A stretch of DNA of 64,000 bases from Mobula hypostoma (taxonomy: Eukaryota), in the NCBI RefSeq assembly GCF_963921235.1, contig NC_086109.1, forward strand, positions 36,210,001 to 36,274,000, read 5' to 3'. Below are positions 37,385-49,140 of the stretch, piece by piece. The translations under genes and the position numbers were made by a program. The notes below the pieces were generated by a model. It saw only the letters and a program-made list of their open reading frames with translations, had not been told where the DNA came from and did not search any database. Every line of letters starts with the position of its first letter. The stretch's first letter is position 1.

Positions 37385-37540
37385 TTGAATTGAATTGACT
37401 TTATTTCTTACATCCTTCACACACGAGGAGTAAAAAACTCTAAGTTACGTCTCCGTCTAAATGTGCAATGTGCAATTTATAGTAACTTGTAATAAATAGT
37501 ATGTACAAAAGGACAGTCATTATAACATAGAAATACAGTA
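37385..37540 (-). mobile_element. Short retroposon 3' end with (TTCAA)n tail inside the CR1 APE region
   Basis: attgaattgaattgactttattt is a reversed tail plus AATAAA. It interrupts the CR1 frame YDI | GITDLWL. Confidence 0.6.
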
Positions 37541-38118
37541 TGGGCATCACTGATTTGTGGCTGAAAGAAGATCATAATTGGGAGCTTAACATCCAAGGAT
37601 TCACATCATATCAGAAGGACAGGCAGGTAGGCAGAGGACTTGAGGTGGCTCTACTGGTAAGTAATGAAATCAAATTCTTAGAAAGAGGTGACATAGGATC
37701 GGAAGATCTAGAATCCTAATGGATAAAGATAAGAAAATGCAAGGGTAAAAAGACACTGATGGGAATTGTATGCAGGTCTCTGAATAATGTGTGGGATATA
37801 AATTACAATGAAGATAGAAAAGGCATGTAAAACTGGCAATGTTATGATATTCATGGGGGATTTTGAATATGCAGGTAGATTGAGAAAATTAGGTTAGTGC
37901 TGGATCACCAAAGAGAGAATTTGTAGAATGCCTACAAGATGACATTTTCAGAGCAGCGTGTGGCTGAGCCCAAGAGGGAAAAGGCAATTATGGATTTAAG
38001 CAAATTCGATAAGCAAGGTTAAGGTAAAAGAATTCTTGGGAAGCAGTGATTATAATTTGATAGAATTCACTCTGCAATTTAAAGGGAAGAAGATAAAGTG
38101 AGATGTATGATTATTAAA

Positions 38119-41100
38119 AACACAAACACGAGAAAATTTGCAGATGCTAGAAATTCAAGCCACACACACAAAATACTAGTAGAACACAGCAGGCCAGGCA
38201 GCATCTACAGGAAGAGGTACAGTCGATGTTTCAGGCCGAGACCCTTCATCAGGACTAACTGAAAGAAGAGATAATAAGAGATTTGAAAGAGGGAGGGGGA
38301 GGGGAGATCCAAAATGATAGGAGAAGATAGGAGGGGGAGGGATGAAGCTAAGAGCTGGGAAGTTGATGGGATAACAGGAAACAAATCTGGAGACACAGGA
38401 GAAAGAAAGGGGGAGGGCAGCACCAGATCAATGTTCATGCCATCAGGTTGGAGGCTACCCAGACGGAATATAAGGTGTTGTTCCACCAACCTGAGTGTGG
38501 CTTCATCTCGACAGTAGAGGAGGCCATGGATTGGCATGTCAGAATGGGAATGGGGTGTGGAATTAAAATGTGTGGCCCCTGGGAGATCCTGCTTCCTCCG
38601 GCGTGGGCTTGTAGCAGACATCAGTAGATAAGCTGTCTCCAGAGATAGAGACAGAAAGATCTAGAATTGGGAGGGAGGTGTCGGAAATGGACCAGGTAAA
38701 TTTGAGGGCAGGGTGAAAATTGAAGGCAAAGTTAATTAGGTCAATGAGCTCAGCATGCTTGTAGGAAGCAGCACCAATGCAGTCGTCGATGTAGTGAAGC
38801 AACAGTGGGGGATGGATACCAGTATAGGCTTGGAACATGGACTGTTCCACATAGCCAACAAAAAGGCAGACATAGCTGGGACCCATATGGGTGCCCATGG
38901 CTACCCTTTTGTTTTGGAGAAAGTGGGAGGAGCCAAAGGAGAAATTATTAAGAGTAAGGACTAATGGAGCAGAGTGGTGGTAGAGGGTAACTGGTTAGGT
39001 CTGGAATCCAAAAAGAAGCGGAGAGCTTTGAGACCTTCCTGGTGGGGGGTGGAGGTATATAGGGACATCTGTGGTGAAAATAAGGCGGTGAGGGCCAGGG
39101 AACTTAAAATCATTGAAAAAATTCAGAGCATGAGAAGTGTCATGAACATAGGTGGGAAGGGATTGAACAAGGGGGATAAAACAGTGTTGAGGTATGCAGA
39201 AATGAGATCGGTGGGGCAGGAGCAAGCTGAGACCATGGGTCTACCTGGACAAGCAGGTTTGTGGATCTTGGGTAGGATATAGAAAAGGGACGTGCGGGGT
39301 GTGGGAACTATGAGGTTGGTGGCTGTGGATGGGAGATCCCCAGAGCTGATATGGTTGGTGATGGTGTGGGAGACAATGGCGTGGTGATCCTGAGTGGGGT
39401 CATGGTCAAGGGGTAATAAGAGGAGGTATCAGCGAGTTGCCGCTGTGTCTTGGCAAGGTAGAGGTCAGTCTGCCAGTCTACAACAGCACCACCCCTTATC
39501 AGCCAGTTTTAAAGTAAGGTTAAGATTGGTGCGGAGGAAGTGGAGAGCAGAGCGTTCGGAAGAAGTGAGGTTGGAATTGGAGCAAGGTGTAGTGACATCG
39601 AGGCGGTTGATGTCCCGTTGGCAGAGAGCAGGCAGAAGACCAGAGCAAGATAGAAGATGGAGCCTCTGAGGGCCCAGGATCCATACGCCACCCACCACCA
39701 TCAATGCAGGTTCCAGTGACCATGAACATCTTCATAACGATCGCGCAACCTCCATCTGCAACTCCAGCCTTGCACTCCAGGCCGGGTCTTCATGTTCTGT
39801 TATAGTGACTCCCGTCTCCCCTCCCCTCACCACCACTCTGCAATCCCTGGGTCCTCAAAGCCTCCATCTTCCTCTCACCTCAATCCTCCCCTCTCTACTG
39901 ACACCACCAAACTCCATCCCCCCTCGGATCCCAGCTTCCATCCGTGTTGGATCTTTACCATCGCCCCCCCCCCGACCTTCAACTGTCTGAGGCAGAGAGC
40001 TCTGTCATCAGTAAGGGTCTTAATTTTGTTCCCCTTTGCCCTCACCTCAGCGAGTTCCACGTTCGCCATGACGCTGAACTCTTCTTCTGCCAGCTCTGTC
40101 TTCGAGCCTACTTCTTTGACAAGGACACTCCCACTCCCACCGATGATCCTTTCTCCCGTCTTCGACCCTCCTCCTCTTCATGGAGACCCCGCTCTGGTCT
40201 TCTGCCTGCTAACTGTCAACGGGACATCAACCATTTTGACTTTACTACATCTTGCTCTAATTCCAACCTCACTCCTTCCGAACGCGCTGCTCTCCACCAA
40301 GGAGCACCAGGCCATTGTCTCCTGCCTGTCCAGGTATGCCCATTGTCTCAGCTTGCTCCTGCCCCACCAAGCCCATTTCTGCATACCTCGACACTGTTTT
40401 ATTCCCCCCCCCGTTCAATCCCTTCCACCTATGTTCGTGACACTTCTCACGCTCTGAATATTTCAATGATTTTAAGTTCCCTGGCCCCCACCATCTTATT
40501 GTCACCATGGATGTCCAATCCCTATATACCTCCATTCCCCACCAGGAAGGTCTCAAAGCTCTCTGCTTCTTTTTGGATTCCAGACCTAACCAGTTCCCCT
40601 CTACCAGCAGTCCCCTCCATCTAGCGGAATTAGTCCTTACTCTTAATAATTTCTCCTTTGGCTCCTCCCACTTCCTCCAAACCAAAGGTGTAGCCATGGG
40701 CCCCAGCATGGGCCCCGTATGGGTCCCAGCTATGCCTGCCTTTTTGTTGGCTATGTGGAATAGTCCATGTTCCAAGCCTATACCGATATCCGTCCCCCAC
40801 TTTTCCTTCTCTACATCGATGACTGCATTGGTGCTGCTTCCTACAAGCATGCTGAGCCCATTGACTTAATTAACTTTGCCTACAACTTTCACCCTGCCCT
40901 CAAATTTACCTGGTCCATTTCTGACACCTTCCTCCCCTTTCTTGATCTTTCTGTCTCTATCTCTGGAGACAGCTTATCTACTGATGTCTACTATAAGCCC
41001 ACGGATGCTCACAGCTTCGTGGACTATTCCTTTTCCCACTCGGTCACTTGCAAAAATGCCATCCCCTTCTCGCAAATCCTCCGTCTCCGCCGCATCTGCT

Positions 41101-42291
41101 CTTACGATGAGGCTTTTCATTCCAGGAGGAAGGAGATGCCTTCCTTTTTTAAAGAAAAGGGCTTCGCTTCCTCCACCATCAACTCTGCCCTCAAATGCAT
41201 CTCTCTCATTTCACGCACATCTGCTCTCACCCCATCCTCCCACCACCCCACTAGGGATAGAGTTCCCCTTGTCCTCACCTACCACCCTACCAGCCTTCGG
41301 GTCCAACATATAATTCTCTGTAACTTCCGCCACCTCGAACGAGATCCCACCACCAAGCGCATCTTTCCCTCCCCCTGCCACTTTCTGCTTTCCGCAGGGA
41401 TTGCTCCCTACGCGTCTCCCTTGTCCATTCGTCCCCCCCATCCCTTCCCACCAATCTCCCTGCTGGCACTTATCCTTGCAAGTGGAATAAATGCTACACC
41501 CGCTCTTACATTTCCTCCCTCACCACTATTTACGGCCCCAGACAGTCCTTCCAGGTGAGGTGACACTTCACCTGTGAGTCGGCTGGGGTGTTATATTGCA
41601 TCCGGTGCTCCTGATGTGGCCTTCTGTATATTGGCGAGACCCGACGCAGACTGGGAGATCATTTCGCTGAACACCTACGCTCTGTCCGCCAGAGAAAGCA
41701 GGATCTCCCAATGGCCACACATTTTAATTCCATGTCCCATTCCCATTCTGATATGTTAACCCATGGCCTCCTCTACTGTCGAGATGAAGCCACACTCAGG
41801 TTGGAGGAACAACACCTTATATTCCGTCTGGGTAGCCTCCAACCTGATGGCATGAACATTGATTTCTCTAACTCCCGTTAATGCCTCTCCTCCCCTTCTT
41901 ACCCCATCCCCTATTTTATTTATTTATTTATTATTCTCCCTTTTTTTCGCCACCCCCCCCCACACACACTTTTTTCTCTCAATCTTCCCTCTCACAATTG
42001 CTCCTTGCCTGCACTCCATCTTCCTCTGGTGCTTCCCTCCCCCTTTCTTTCTCCCGTGTCTCCAGATTTGTTTCCCTTTTGCCAATCAACTTCCCAGCTC
42101 TTAGCTTCATCCCTCCCCCTCCTGTCTTCTCCTATCATTTCAGATCTTCTCCTCCCCCTCCCACTTTCAATTCTCTTACTATCTCTTCTTTCAGTTAGTC
42201 TTGACGAAGGGTCTCGGCCCGAAATGTCGACTGTACCTCTTCCTATAGCTGCTGCCTGGCCTATTATGTTCTACCAGCATTTTGTGTGTGT
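38119..42291. mobile_element. Large inverted PLE insertion: deleted minus arm 38119-~39790 and near-complete decayed plus arm ~39790-42291
   Basis: LSEAESSVISKGLNFVP, NLTPSERAAL, KLADKG, MDVQSLYTSIP, QTKGVAMG, YIDD and GIY-YIG (gggGTGTTATATTGC...TATATTGGCGAG). Terminal repeats face outward. TSD TGTATGA(T/G)TATTAAA at 38104-38118 and 42292-42306. Confidence 0.93.
38221..38256 (-). ncRNA. Hammerhead motif (core intact, stem III palindrome mutated)
   Basis: Reverse complement AGTC-CTGATGA-AGGGTCTCGGCCT-GAAA-CA-TC-GACT. Confidence 0.6.
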
Positions 42292-45200
42292 TGTATGAGT
42301 ATTAAAGTGGAATTAGAAAGGCATAAGAGAGGAGCTGGTGAAAGTTGATTGGAAGTGGACACTAGCAGGGATAACAGCAGAACAGTAATCTGGAGTTTCT
42401 GGGGACAGTTCAGAAGGTGCAGAATAGATACATCCCAAAGATGAAGAAGTATACTAAAAGGTGGATTAAGCAAACCTAGCTGACAAGGGAAGGCAACGAC
42501 AGAATAAAGCAAAGGAGAGGCAAACAATTTTGCCAAAAAATTATTGGGAATTTAGAGGATTAGGAAGCCTTTGAAAATCAACAAAAGGCAACTTCAAAAA
42601 CCATAAGGAGAGAAAAGATGAAACATGAAAGGAAGTGAGCCAAGAATATAAAAGATGATAACAAAAGTTTATTTCAAATATATAAAGAGTGCAAGGGAGC
42701 TTTTGAGGAGTGTTTGATGGCACTCACTGGAGATTAGAAGAATGGGGGGAGGGGAATCTCATTGAATTCTATCAAATATTGAAAGGTCTGGACAGAGTAG
42801 ATGTCGAGAGGATGTTTCCTTTAGTGAGTGTCTTGGATTGGGGGTACAGTCGCAGACTAGAGGGATGTCCATTCAGTACAGAGATTAAGAGGTATTTCTT
42901 TAGCCAGAGGGTCATGAACCTATGAAATTTATTGTCACAGGCAGCTTCGGAGGCAAAGCCATTGAGTGTCTTTAAAGTGGTGTTTGATAGTCAGGGCCTC
43001 AAAGGTTATGAGGAGAAGGCAGGAGTAAAGGGTTGAGAGGAATAATAAATCAGCCTTGGTTGAATGGCAGAGCAGATCTGATGGGCCAAATTACTTAATT
43101 CAGCTCCTATGTCTTATGGTCTAAATATGTTATATTGAGGACACCACAAGAAAATGTTATTCTGCTTAATATTCAACTCTATCAAGTTTTTGCTTTCATC
43201 TCTTCTTCCCAGGGAATATGTTCTCCCTGGCTCTTTAAGTTCTGGCCATGAAATTGTGAGACGTCACTCATATTTGAGACAGTTTCAGAATGTCTACTTT
43301 CCAGTTTCTGTCTCCTTTCTGTTGACAGGCAACTGCAGAATCCGTCAAATGTTACGCCTGCTGTGTGCTTTGAACAGTATATTCCAGCACCCATCACTGT
43401 ATGAGATATTGGGAAATGATAAGTTAATGCTTGGATTGTGGTAAAGATGCTCTGACAAATAGACTCTGAAGGGCAGAGTCTACATCAATATAAACACTTT
43501 CAGGCGTTCTGGCTGGTAAGGGCATTCTCCCTCCCCACTCATCATTCAGCCAGGAAACTCTCGCTTCTCCTTATGAGTTGGGAGATTAAGATTTATCACA
43601 TATATTCTGATTCTCCCTTCTAAACCTTTTGTAAGATTCTTTTCCATCTCTAAATCTCCTAGAACCACTGGCCTAAAGCTCTCAAATTGTGTGAATGCTT
43701 GACTACCTCTACTGCTCTTTGTATGGTCGTTTTAAGGAAATGCCTTCAATTCCCAAAGCCATAACCTCAGGAAGGTTCTCCTTAAGCCTTTTCTCTCTGA
43801 CCTTTAAAGTCCAATAATCATTTGATCAGAAAACAACACTGCATCCATTTTCTGTTTTGGGGAATGTTGCAGGATGCTTTTCAATAATAAACATTCTACA
43901 TAATTGCAAGTTCTGTTGTGTTTACTGACAGGTGAGTACCCTTGAATTAATTTCAGCGTTCCATAGAAACAAATTTGATTACAATTATTTATTCTTACTT
44001 TGTAAACAACATCCTGATTTTTGAGTCTATTAATTTTCTGTCCTATTTTTCCTTGTGGACTCAGTAGAGCATTGCCACTATCCATACATTCATAGAAAAG
44101 TTGCAGAAACTATCATTTTGATTGTTTTGTAGGTTAACAAATTAGACTACAAGTAACAATTGGCTGAACACGAGTTTAAATAATGAAATGCAATGAGCTC
44201 CCAGCTATATTAGATGCAATTTGTTTCTGTCACATCCTGTCACAATAAAATCCAGGGTAAATGTCAGTAACAATATGCTGAAGTAATGCAAGCAATGGCA
44301 AACGTCAGTCCCAATGTGCAAGCTAAGAGAAGAGAGAAAATGTCAGGAAACTAAATTAACAAGTGGATAGTTTAACAGGTGTATGTACACAGAGAGCCAT
44401 TCTCTTTTCTAATCCATACACTGAAATAATAACAACTGAGCAGATTCCAAATGAAACAAATTAGATTGAGCAGCTCCTTGCCATAGCAAATATACTTGCA
44501 AGTCTGGTTTGGAATTAGGGTCTCAACCAGGCAATCCTTGCATTAAGGTATTAGACATGCCAGTGCAGATGAAGCTGAAGCACACTTAAAATGAATAGGA
44601 GATCAGAATTGAGCAGAACCTGTTTCTCATTGCTAAGGGACACAAGGTTAGAAAAAGCTGAGGCAGTGCCATAACCTAATCTTTCTCAGATATGGGAATG
44701 GCACCATAAACAAGAAGGTTGATGTGGGTATGATGATGGATGTATTCTATCTGGAAGGTAAAGTACTCTTTTCATCAAATGTTAAATTGCTGGGGATCCC
44801 AGGAGTCTAGTTATTTGGGTAAGTAATTGACTTGATGATAGGAAGTAGAAAGTGATACTGGAAGGTTGTTTTAAAGACTGGTGACAAGTGGAGTTTCCAA
44901 AGGATCAGTTGTAAGCCCATTGCGGCTTGCTGTCTATAGTATATCAAATATTTGGATGGCAGTGTAGAAGACTTGGTTAGTAATTTGCAGGTGACGCTTA
45001 AATAAGTGGTGTCCCAGCCAGTGGTTATCAAGAATTACAGAGGGAACTTGATCAGCTCGGGAAGTAGGCAAAGAAATTGCAAATGGTGTTTAATTCAGAT
45101 ATGTGTCAGGTGTTGCACTTTGGGAAGACAAATAAGGGTAGGACATTTACAGTGAGAGGTAGGACCCTGGGTGGGTCGTGGAACACAGGAACACTGAGTA

Positions 45201-45464
45201 CAATTACATGGCTCCCTGAAAATGGTGTGACATACAGATAGGATGGTGAAGAAGGCTTTTGGAATGCATGCCTTCATAATCTTTGACATTGTGTATAACA
45301 TTTGGGTTGCTATATTGTATTTGGGCTGAGGCCTCTTCTGAAAAAAATGGGCTCAACTTTGATCACAAACAACAGGAATTCTGCAGATGCTGGAAATTCA
45401 AGCAACATACATCAAAGTTGCTGGTGAACGCAGCAGGCCAAGCAGCATCTATAGGAAGAGGCGC

Positions 45465-45500
45465 AGTCGACGTTTCAGGCCGAGACCCTTCGTCAGGACT
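45465..45500 (-). ncRNA. Minimal type I hammerhead ribozyme motif in the PLE terminal repeat
   Basis: Reverse complement AGTC-CTGACGA-AGG GTCTCGG CCT-GAAA-CG-TC-GACT has an intact core, stem I AGTC/GACT, stem II AGG/CCT and a GUC triplet. Confidence 0.8.
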
Positions 45501-47408
45501 AACTGAAGGAAGAGTGAGTAAGGGATTTGAAAACTGGAGGGGGAGGGGGAGATGCAAAATGATAGGAGAAGACAGGAGGGGGAGGGATAGAGCCGAGAGC
45601 TGGACAGGTGATAGGCAAAAGGGGATACGAGAGGATCATGGGACAGGAGGTCCGGGAAGAAAGATGGGGGGGGGTGACCCAGAGGATGGGCAAGAGGTAT
45701 ATTCAGAGGGACAGAGGGAGAAAAAGGAGAGTGGGAGAAAGAATGTGTGCATAAAAATGAGTAACAGCTGGGGTACGAGGGGGAGGTGGGGCCTAGCGGA
45801 AGTTAGAGAAGTCAATGTTCATGCCATCAGGTTGGAGGCTACCCAGACGGAATATAAGGTGTTGTTCCTCCAACCTGAGTGTGGCTTCATCTTTACAGTA
45901 GAGGAGGCCGTGGATAGACATGTCAGAATGGGAATGGGATGTGGAATTAAAATGTGTGGCCACTGGGAGATCCTGCTTTCTCTGGCGGACAGAGCGTAGA
46001 TGTTCAGCAAAGCGGTCTCCCAGTCTGCGTCGGGTCTCACCAATATATAAAAGGCCACATCGGGAGCACCGGACGCAGTATATCACCCCAGTCGACTCAC
46101 AGGTGAAGTGATGCCTCACCTGGAAGGACTGTTTGGGGCCCTGAATGGTGGTAAGGGAGGAAGTGTAAGGGCATCTGTAGCACTTGTTTCGCTTACACGG
46201 ATAAGTGCCAGGAGGGAGATCAGTGGGGAGGGATGGGGGGGACGAATGGACAAGGGAGTTGTGTAGGGAGCGATCCCTGCGGAATGCAGAGAGAGGGGGG
46301 GAGGGAAAGATGTGCTTAGTGGTGGGATCCCGTTGGAGGTGGCGGAAGTTACGGAGAATAATATGTTGGACCCGGAGGCTGGTGGGGTGGTAGGTGAGGA
46401 CCAGGGGAACCCTATTCCTAGTGGGGTGGTGGGAGGATGGAGTGAGAGCAGATGTACGTGAAATGGGGGAGATGCGTTTAAGAGCAGAGTTGATAGTGGA
46501 GGAAGGGAAGCCCCTTTCTTTAAAAAATGAAGACATCTCCCTCGTCCTAGAATGAAAAGCCTCATCCTGAGAGCAGATGCGGCGGAGACGGAGATCTTTT
46601 CCTCCCCCCCTCTCTCTGCATTCCGCAGGGATCGCTCCCTACACAACTCCCTTGTCCATTCGTCCCCCCCATCCCTCCCCACTGATCTCCCTCCTGGCAC
46701 TTATCCGTGTAAGCGGAACAAGTGCTACACATGCCCTTACACTTCCTCCTTTACCACCATTCAGGCCCCCAAACAGTCCTTCCAGGTGAGGCATCACTTC
46801 ACCTGTGAGTCGACTGGGGTGATATACTGCGTCCGGTGCTCCCGATGTGGCCTTTTATATATTGGTGAGACCTGACGCAGACTGGGAGACCGCTTTGCTG
46901 AACATCTACGCTCTGTCCGCCAGAGAAAGCAGGATCTTCCAGTGGCCACACATTTTAATTCCACATCCCATTCCCATTCTGACATGTCTATCCACGGCCT
47001 CCTCTACTGTAAAGATGACGCCACACTCAGGTTGGAGGAACAACACCTTATATTCCGTCTGGGTAGCCTCCAACCTGATGGCATGAACATTGACTTCTCT
47101 AACTTCCGCTAGGCCCCACCTCCTCCTCGTACCCCAGCTGTTACTCATTTTTATGCACACATTCTTTCTCTCACTCTCCTTTTTCTCCCTCTGTCCCTCT
47201 GAATATACCTCTTGCCCATCCTCTGGGTCACCCCCCCCACCCCGTCTTTCTTCCCGGACCTCCTGTCCCATGATCCTCTCGTATCCCCTTTTGCCTATCA
47301 CCTGTCCAGCTCTCAGCTCTATCCCTCCCCCTCCTGTCTTCTCCTATCATTTTGCATCTCCCCCTCCCCCTCCAGCTTTCAAATCCCTTACTCACTCTTC
47401 CTTCAGTT

Positions 47409-47444
47409 AGTCCTGACGAAGGGTCTTGGCCTGAAACGTCGACT
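47409..47444 (+). ncRNA. Minimal type I hammerhead ribozyme motif in the PLE terminal repeat
   Basis: AGTC-CTGACGA-AGG GTCTTGG CCT-GAAA-CG-TC-GACT. Predicted cleavage 3' of C47440. Confidence 0.8.
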
Positions 47445-48171
47445 GCGCCTCTTCCTATAGATGCTGCTTGGCCTGCTGCGTTCACCAGCAACTTTGATGT
47501 ATGTTGCTCAACTTTGATCACGTTGCTGTAGGAAGGATGTTGTTAACTGGAAGTGTGCAGAGGAGATTTACAAAGATCATGCTTGGACTGGAGGGGCTGA
47601 GTTATGGAGAGATGGAGCTGGCTGGGACTTCCTTCATTGGAACGTAGATGTGATCTTATAGAGGTATACACAACCATGAGGGACATTTTGTCAAATGGTT
47701 TGGAAATCAAGAACTAGAGGACATTGGTTTAGAGTGAGAGGGGAGACATTTAGTAGACATCTTTGGGTCATATTTTCACCTCAAGGGTGGACTGTATATG
47801 AAATAAACTACCAAAGGTTGAAGCAAGTACATTGACAACACTTAAAAGACAGGTAAGCAAATATATGGATAGGTAAGATTAAGGGGGATAAGGGCCAAAT
47901 GGGAGCAAATGTGACAATCTTAGATGGGAATCTTCATCAACAAAGAACAGTTGGGCTGAAGGGATAGTTTCCATACCATTTGACTCAATGACTTGAAGTA
48001 TTATATAATGAAAAGGAGGTCATGCTGAATCTTTATAAGGCTTAGTTCAGTTGTAACTTGAATGCTGTGTTTGATTGTGAGTGCAGCACCTTAAGAAATA
48101 CAGGAAAAACTTAGAGAGCTGCAATCATATTTGTAGAAATGGGCACATGAATAAAGGACAGATTACAACTT

Positions 48172-48836
48172 TGGAATCAGGTTAAATATCACCAGCGTAT
48201 ATCGTGAAATTTGTTAACTTTATAGCAGCAGTACAATGAAATCCATGATAATTAAATAGAGAGAAGAAAAAACAATTACAGTAAGTATATACATGTATAT
48301 TAAACAGTTAAATTAAAATGTCTGTTAAAGAGTTAAGTTAAAATAAGTATGCAAAAGAACAGAAATAAAAAGTAGAGGTAGTGTTCATAGGTTCAATGTT
48401 CACTTAGAAATCAGATGGAAGAGGGGACGAAGCTGTTCCCGAATCACTGTATGTGTGCCTTCAGGTATGTGTAGCTCCTTCTTGATGGTAACAATGAGAA
48501 GAGGGAACGTCCTGGATTGTGGGAATTTTTAATGATGGACACTGCCTTCCTAAGGCACCACTCCTTGAAGATGTCTTGGATACTACAGAGACTAGTACTC
48601 ATAATGGAGCTAACTAATTTTACAAGTTTCTGCAACTTACTTTTATCTTGCGCAGTAGCCCCCACCATACTAGATGGTGATGCAGGCAGTCCAAACACTC
48701 GCCGCAGTACATTTGTAGAAGTTTTCAAGTGTTTTAATTGACAAACCAAATCTCCTCAAACCCAGAATGAAATACAGCCACTGTCTGCCTTCTTTATAGC
48801 TGAATCAATATGTTGCATCCAGGTTAGGTCCTCAGA
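48172..48836 (-). mobile_element. Rex1/Babar 3' fragment
   Basis: ATAQDKSKLQKLVKLVSSIM...IQDIFKEWCLRKAVSIIK; SEDLTWMQHID. Reversed tail gaatcaggtt at ~48175. Confidence 0.85.
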
Positions 48837-49140
48837 GAGAGCTTTCCTTGGAACAGAGAAAGGTAAGTAGAATACCTGGAAGGTTCTGGAACTTATAAAG
48901 CCAAATGTCCTATTTGTGGAATTTACCTGCATGCTGGGATAACCCCAGAATTTTCCAGGATTTACTGAACAGTCAAGGGTTCTTAGTGGTTTCATTTTCC
49001 TGCATGATAATATTGTCTTGCATTTCAAATTAAATTGTTACTCATATGTGTACAGTATTCTCCAGCTCTACAATGATGCACTAACAGAAAAACTGCATGT
49101 TAAAACAATGCTTTATCTCTGCACAGGAATCAGGACATGA

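Larger units (their letters stand above)
36066..43122 (+). mobile_element. Old CR1 LINE(s): esterase-type ORF1 and APE (36066-38118), resuming at 42292-42690, with a 3' end at 42725-43122; host to three later insertions
   Basis: ORF1-like ENEEVIERSYKDVTTP, VVIGYSGVRGADRRFCG...PGAKVRDV and KKDGLYLNSRGLNILAGRF. APE-like WELNIQG, MGDF and SDYNLIEF. 3' LKGLDRVDVERMFP and tail cctatgtcttatggtct. Confidence 0.8.
45367..47505. mobile_element. Young inverted PLE insertion: ~910-bp arms (45401-46311 / 46593-47508), ~280-bp spacer, 34-nt tail, 16-bp TSD
   Basis: Left arm ORF 45793..46536 (247 aa) has an intact YPCKRNKCYRC linker and GVIYCVRCSRCGLLYIGETRRRLGDRFAEH. The right arm is the same apart from scattered substitutions, including a stop at 46873-46875. 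TSD GCTCAACTTTGATCAC at 45351-45366 and 47506-47521. Confidence 0.96.
44690..48000 (+). mobile_element. Old CR1 RT/3' remnant (44690-~45290 and 47522-48000) split by a PLE
   Basis: aattgcaaatggtgtttaattcagatatgtgtcaggtgttgcactttggga (WQMxFNxDKCxVLHFG-like); gtgcagaggagatttacaaagatc; aagaactagaggacat. Confidence 0.7.

Noticed and set aside
45283..45999. 238-aa plus-strand ORF and the recurring peptide LVNAAGQAASIGRG
   Set aside because: Antisense translation of the PLE terminal repeat. Its recurrence reflects the repeat, not a gene family.
46873..46875. In-frame TGA in the GIY-YIG domain as a possible selenocysteine codon
   Set aside because: It aligns with an Arg (CGA) in the sister arm, so it is simple CpG decay.
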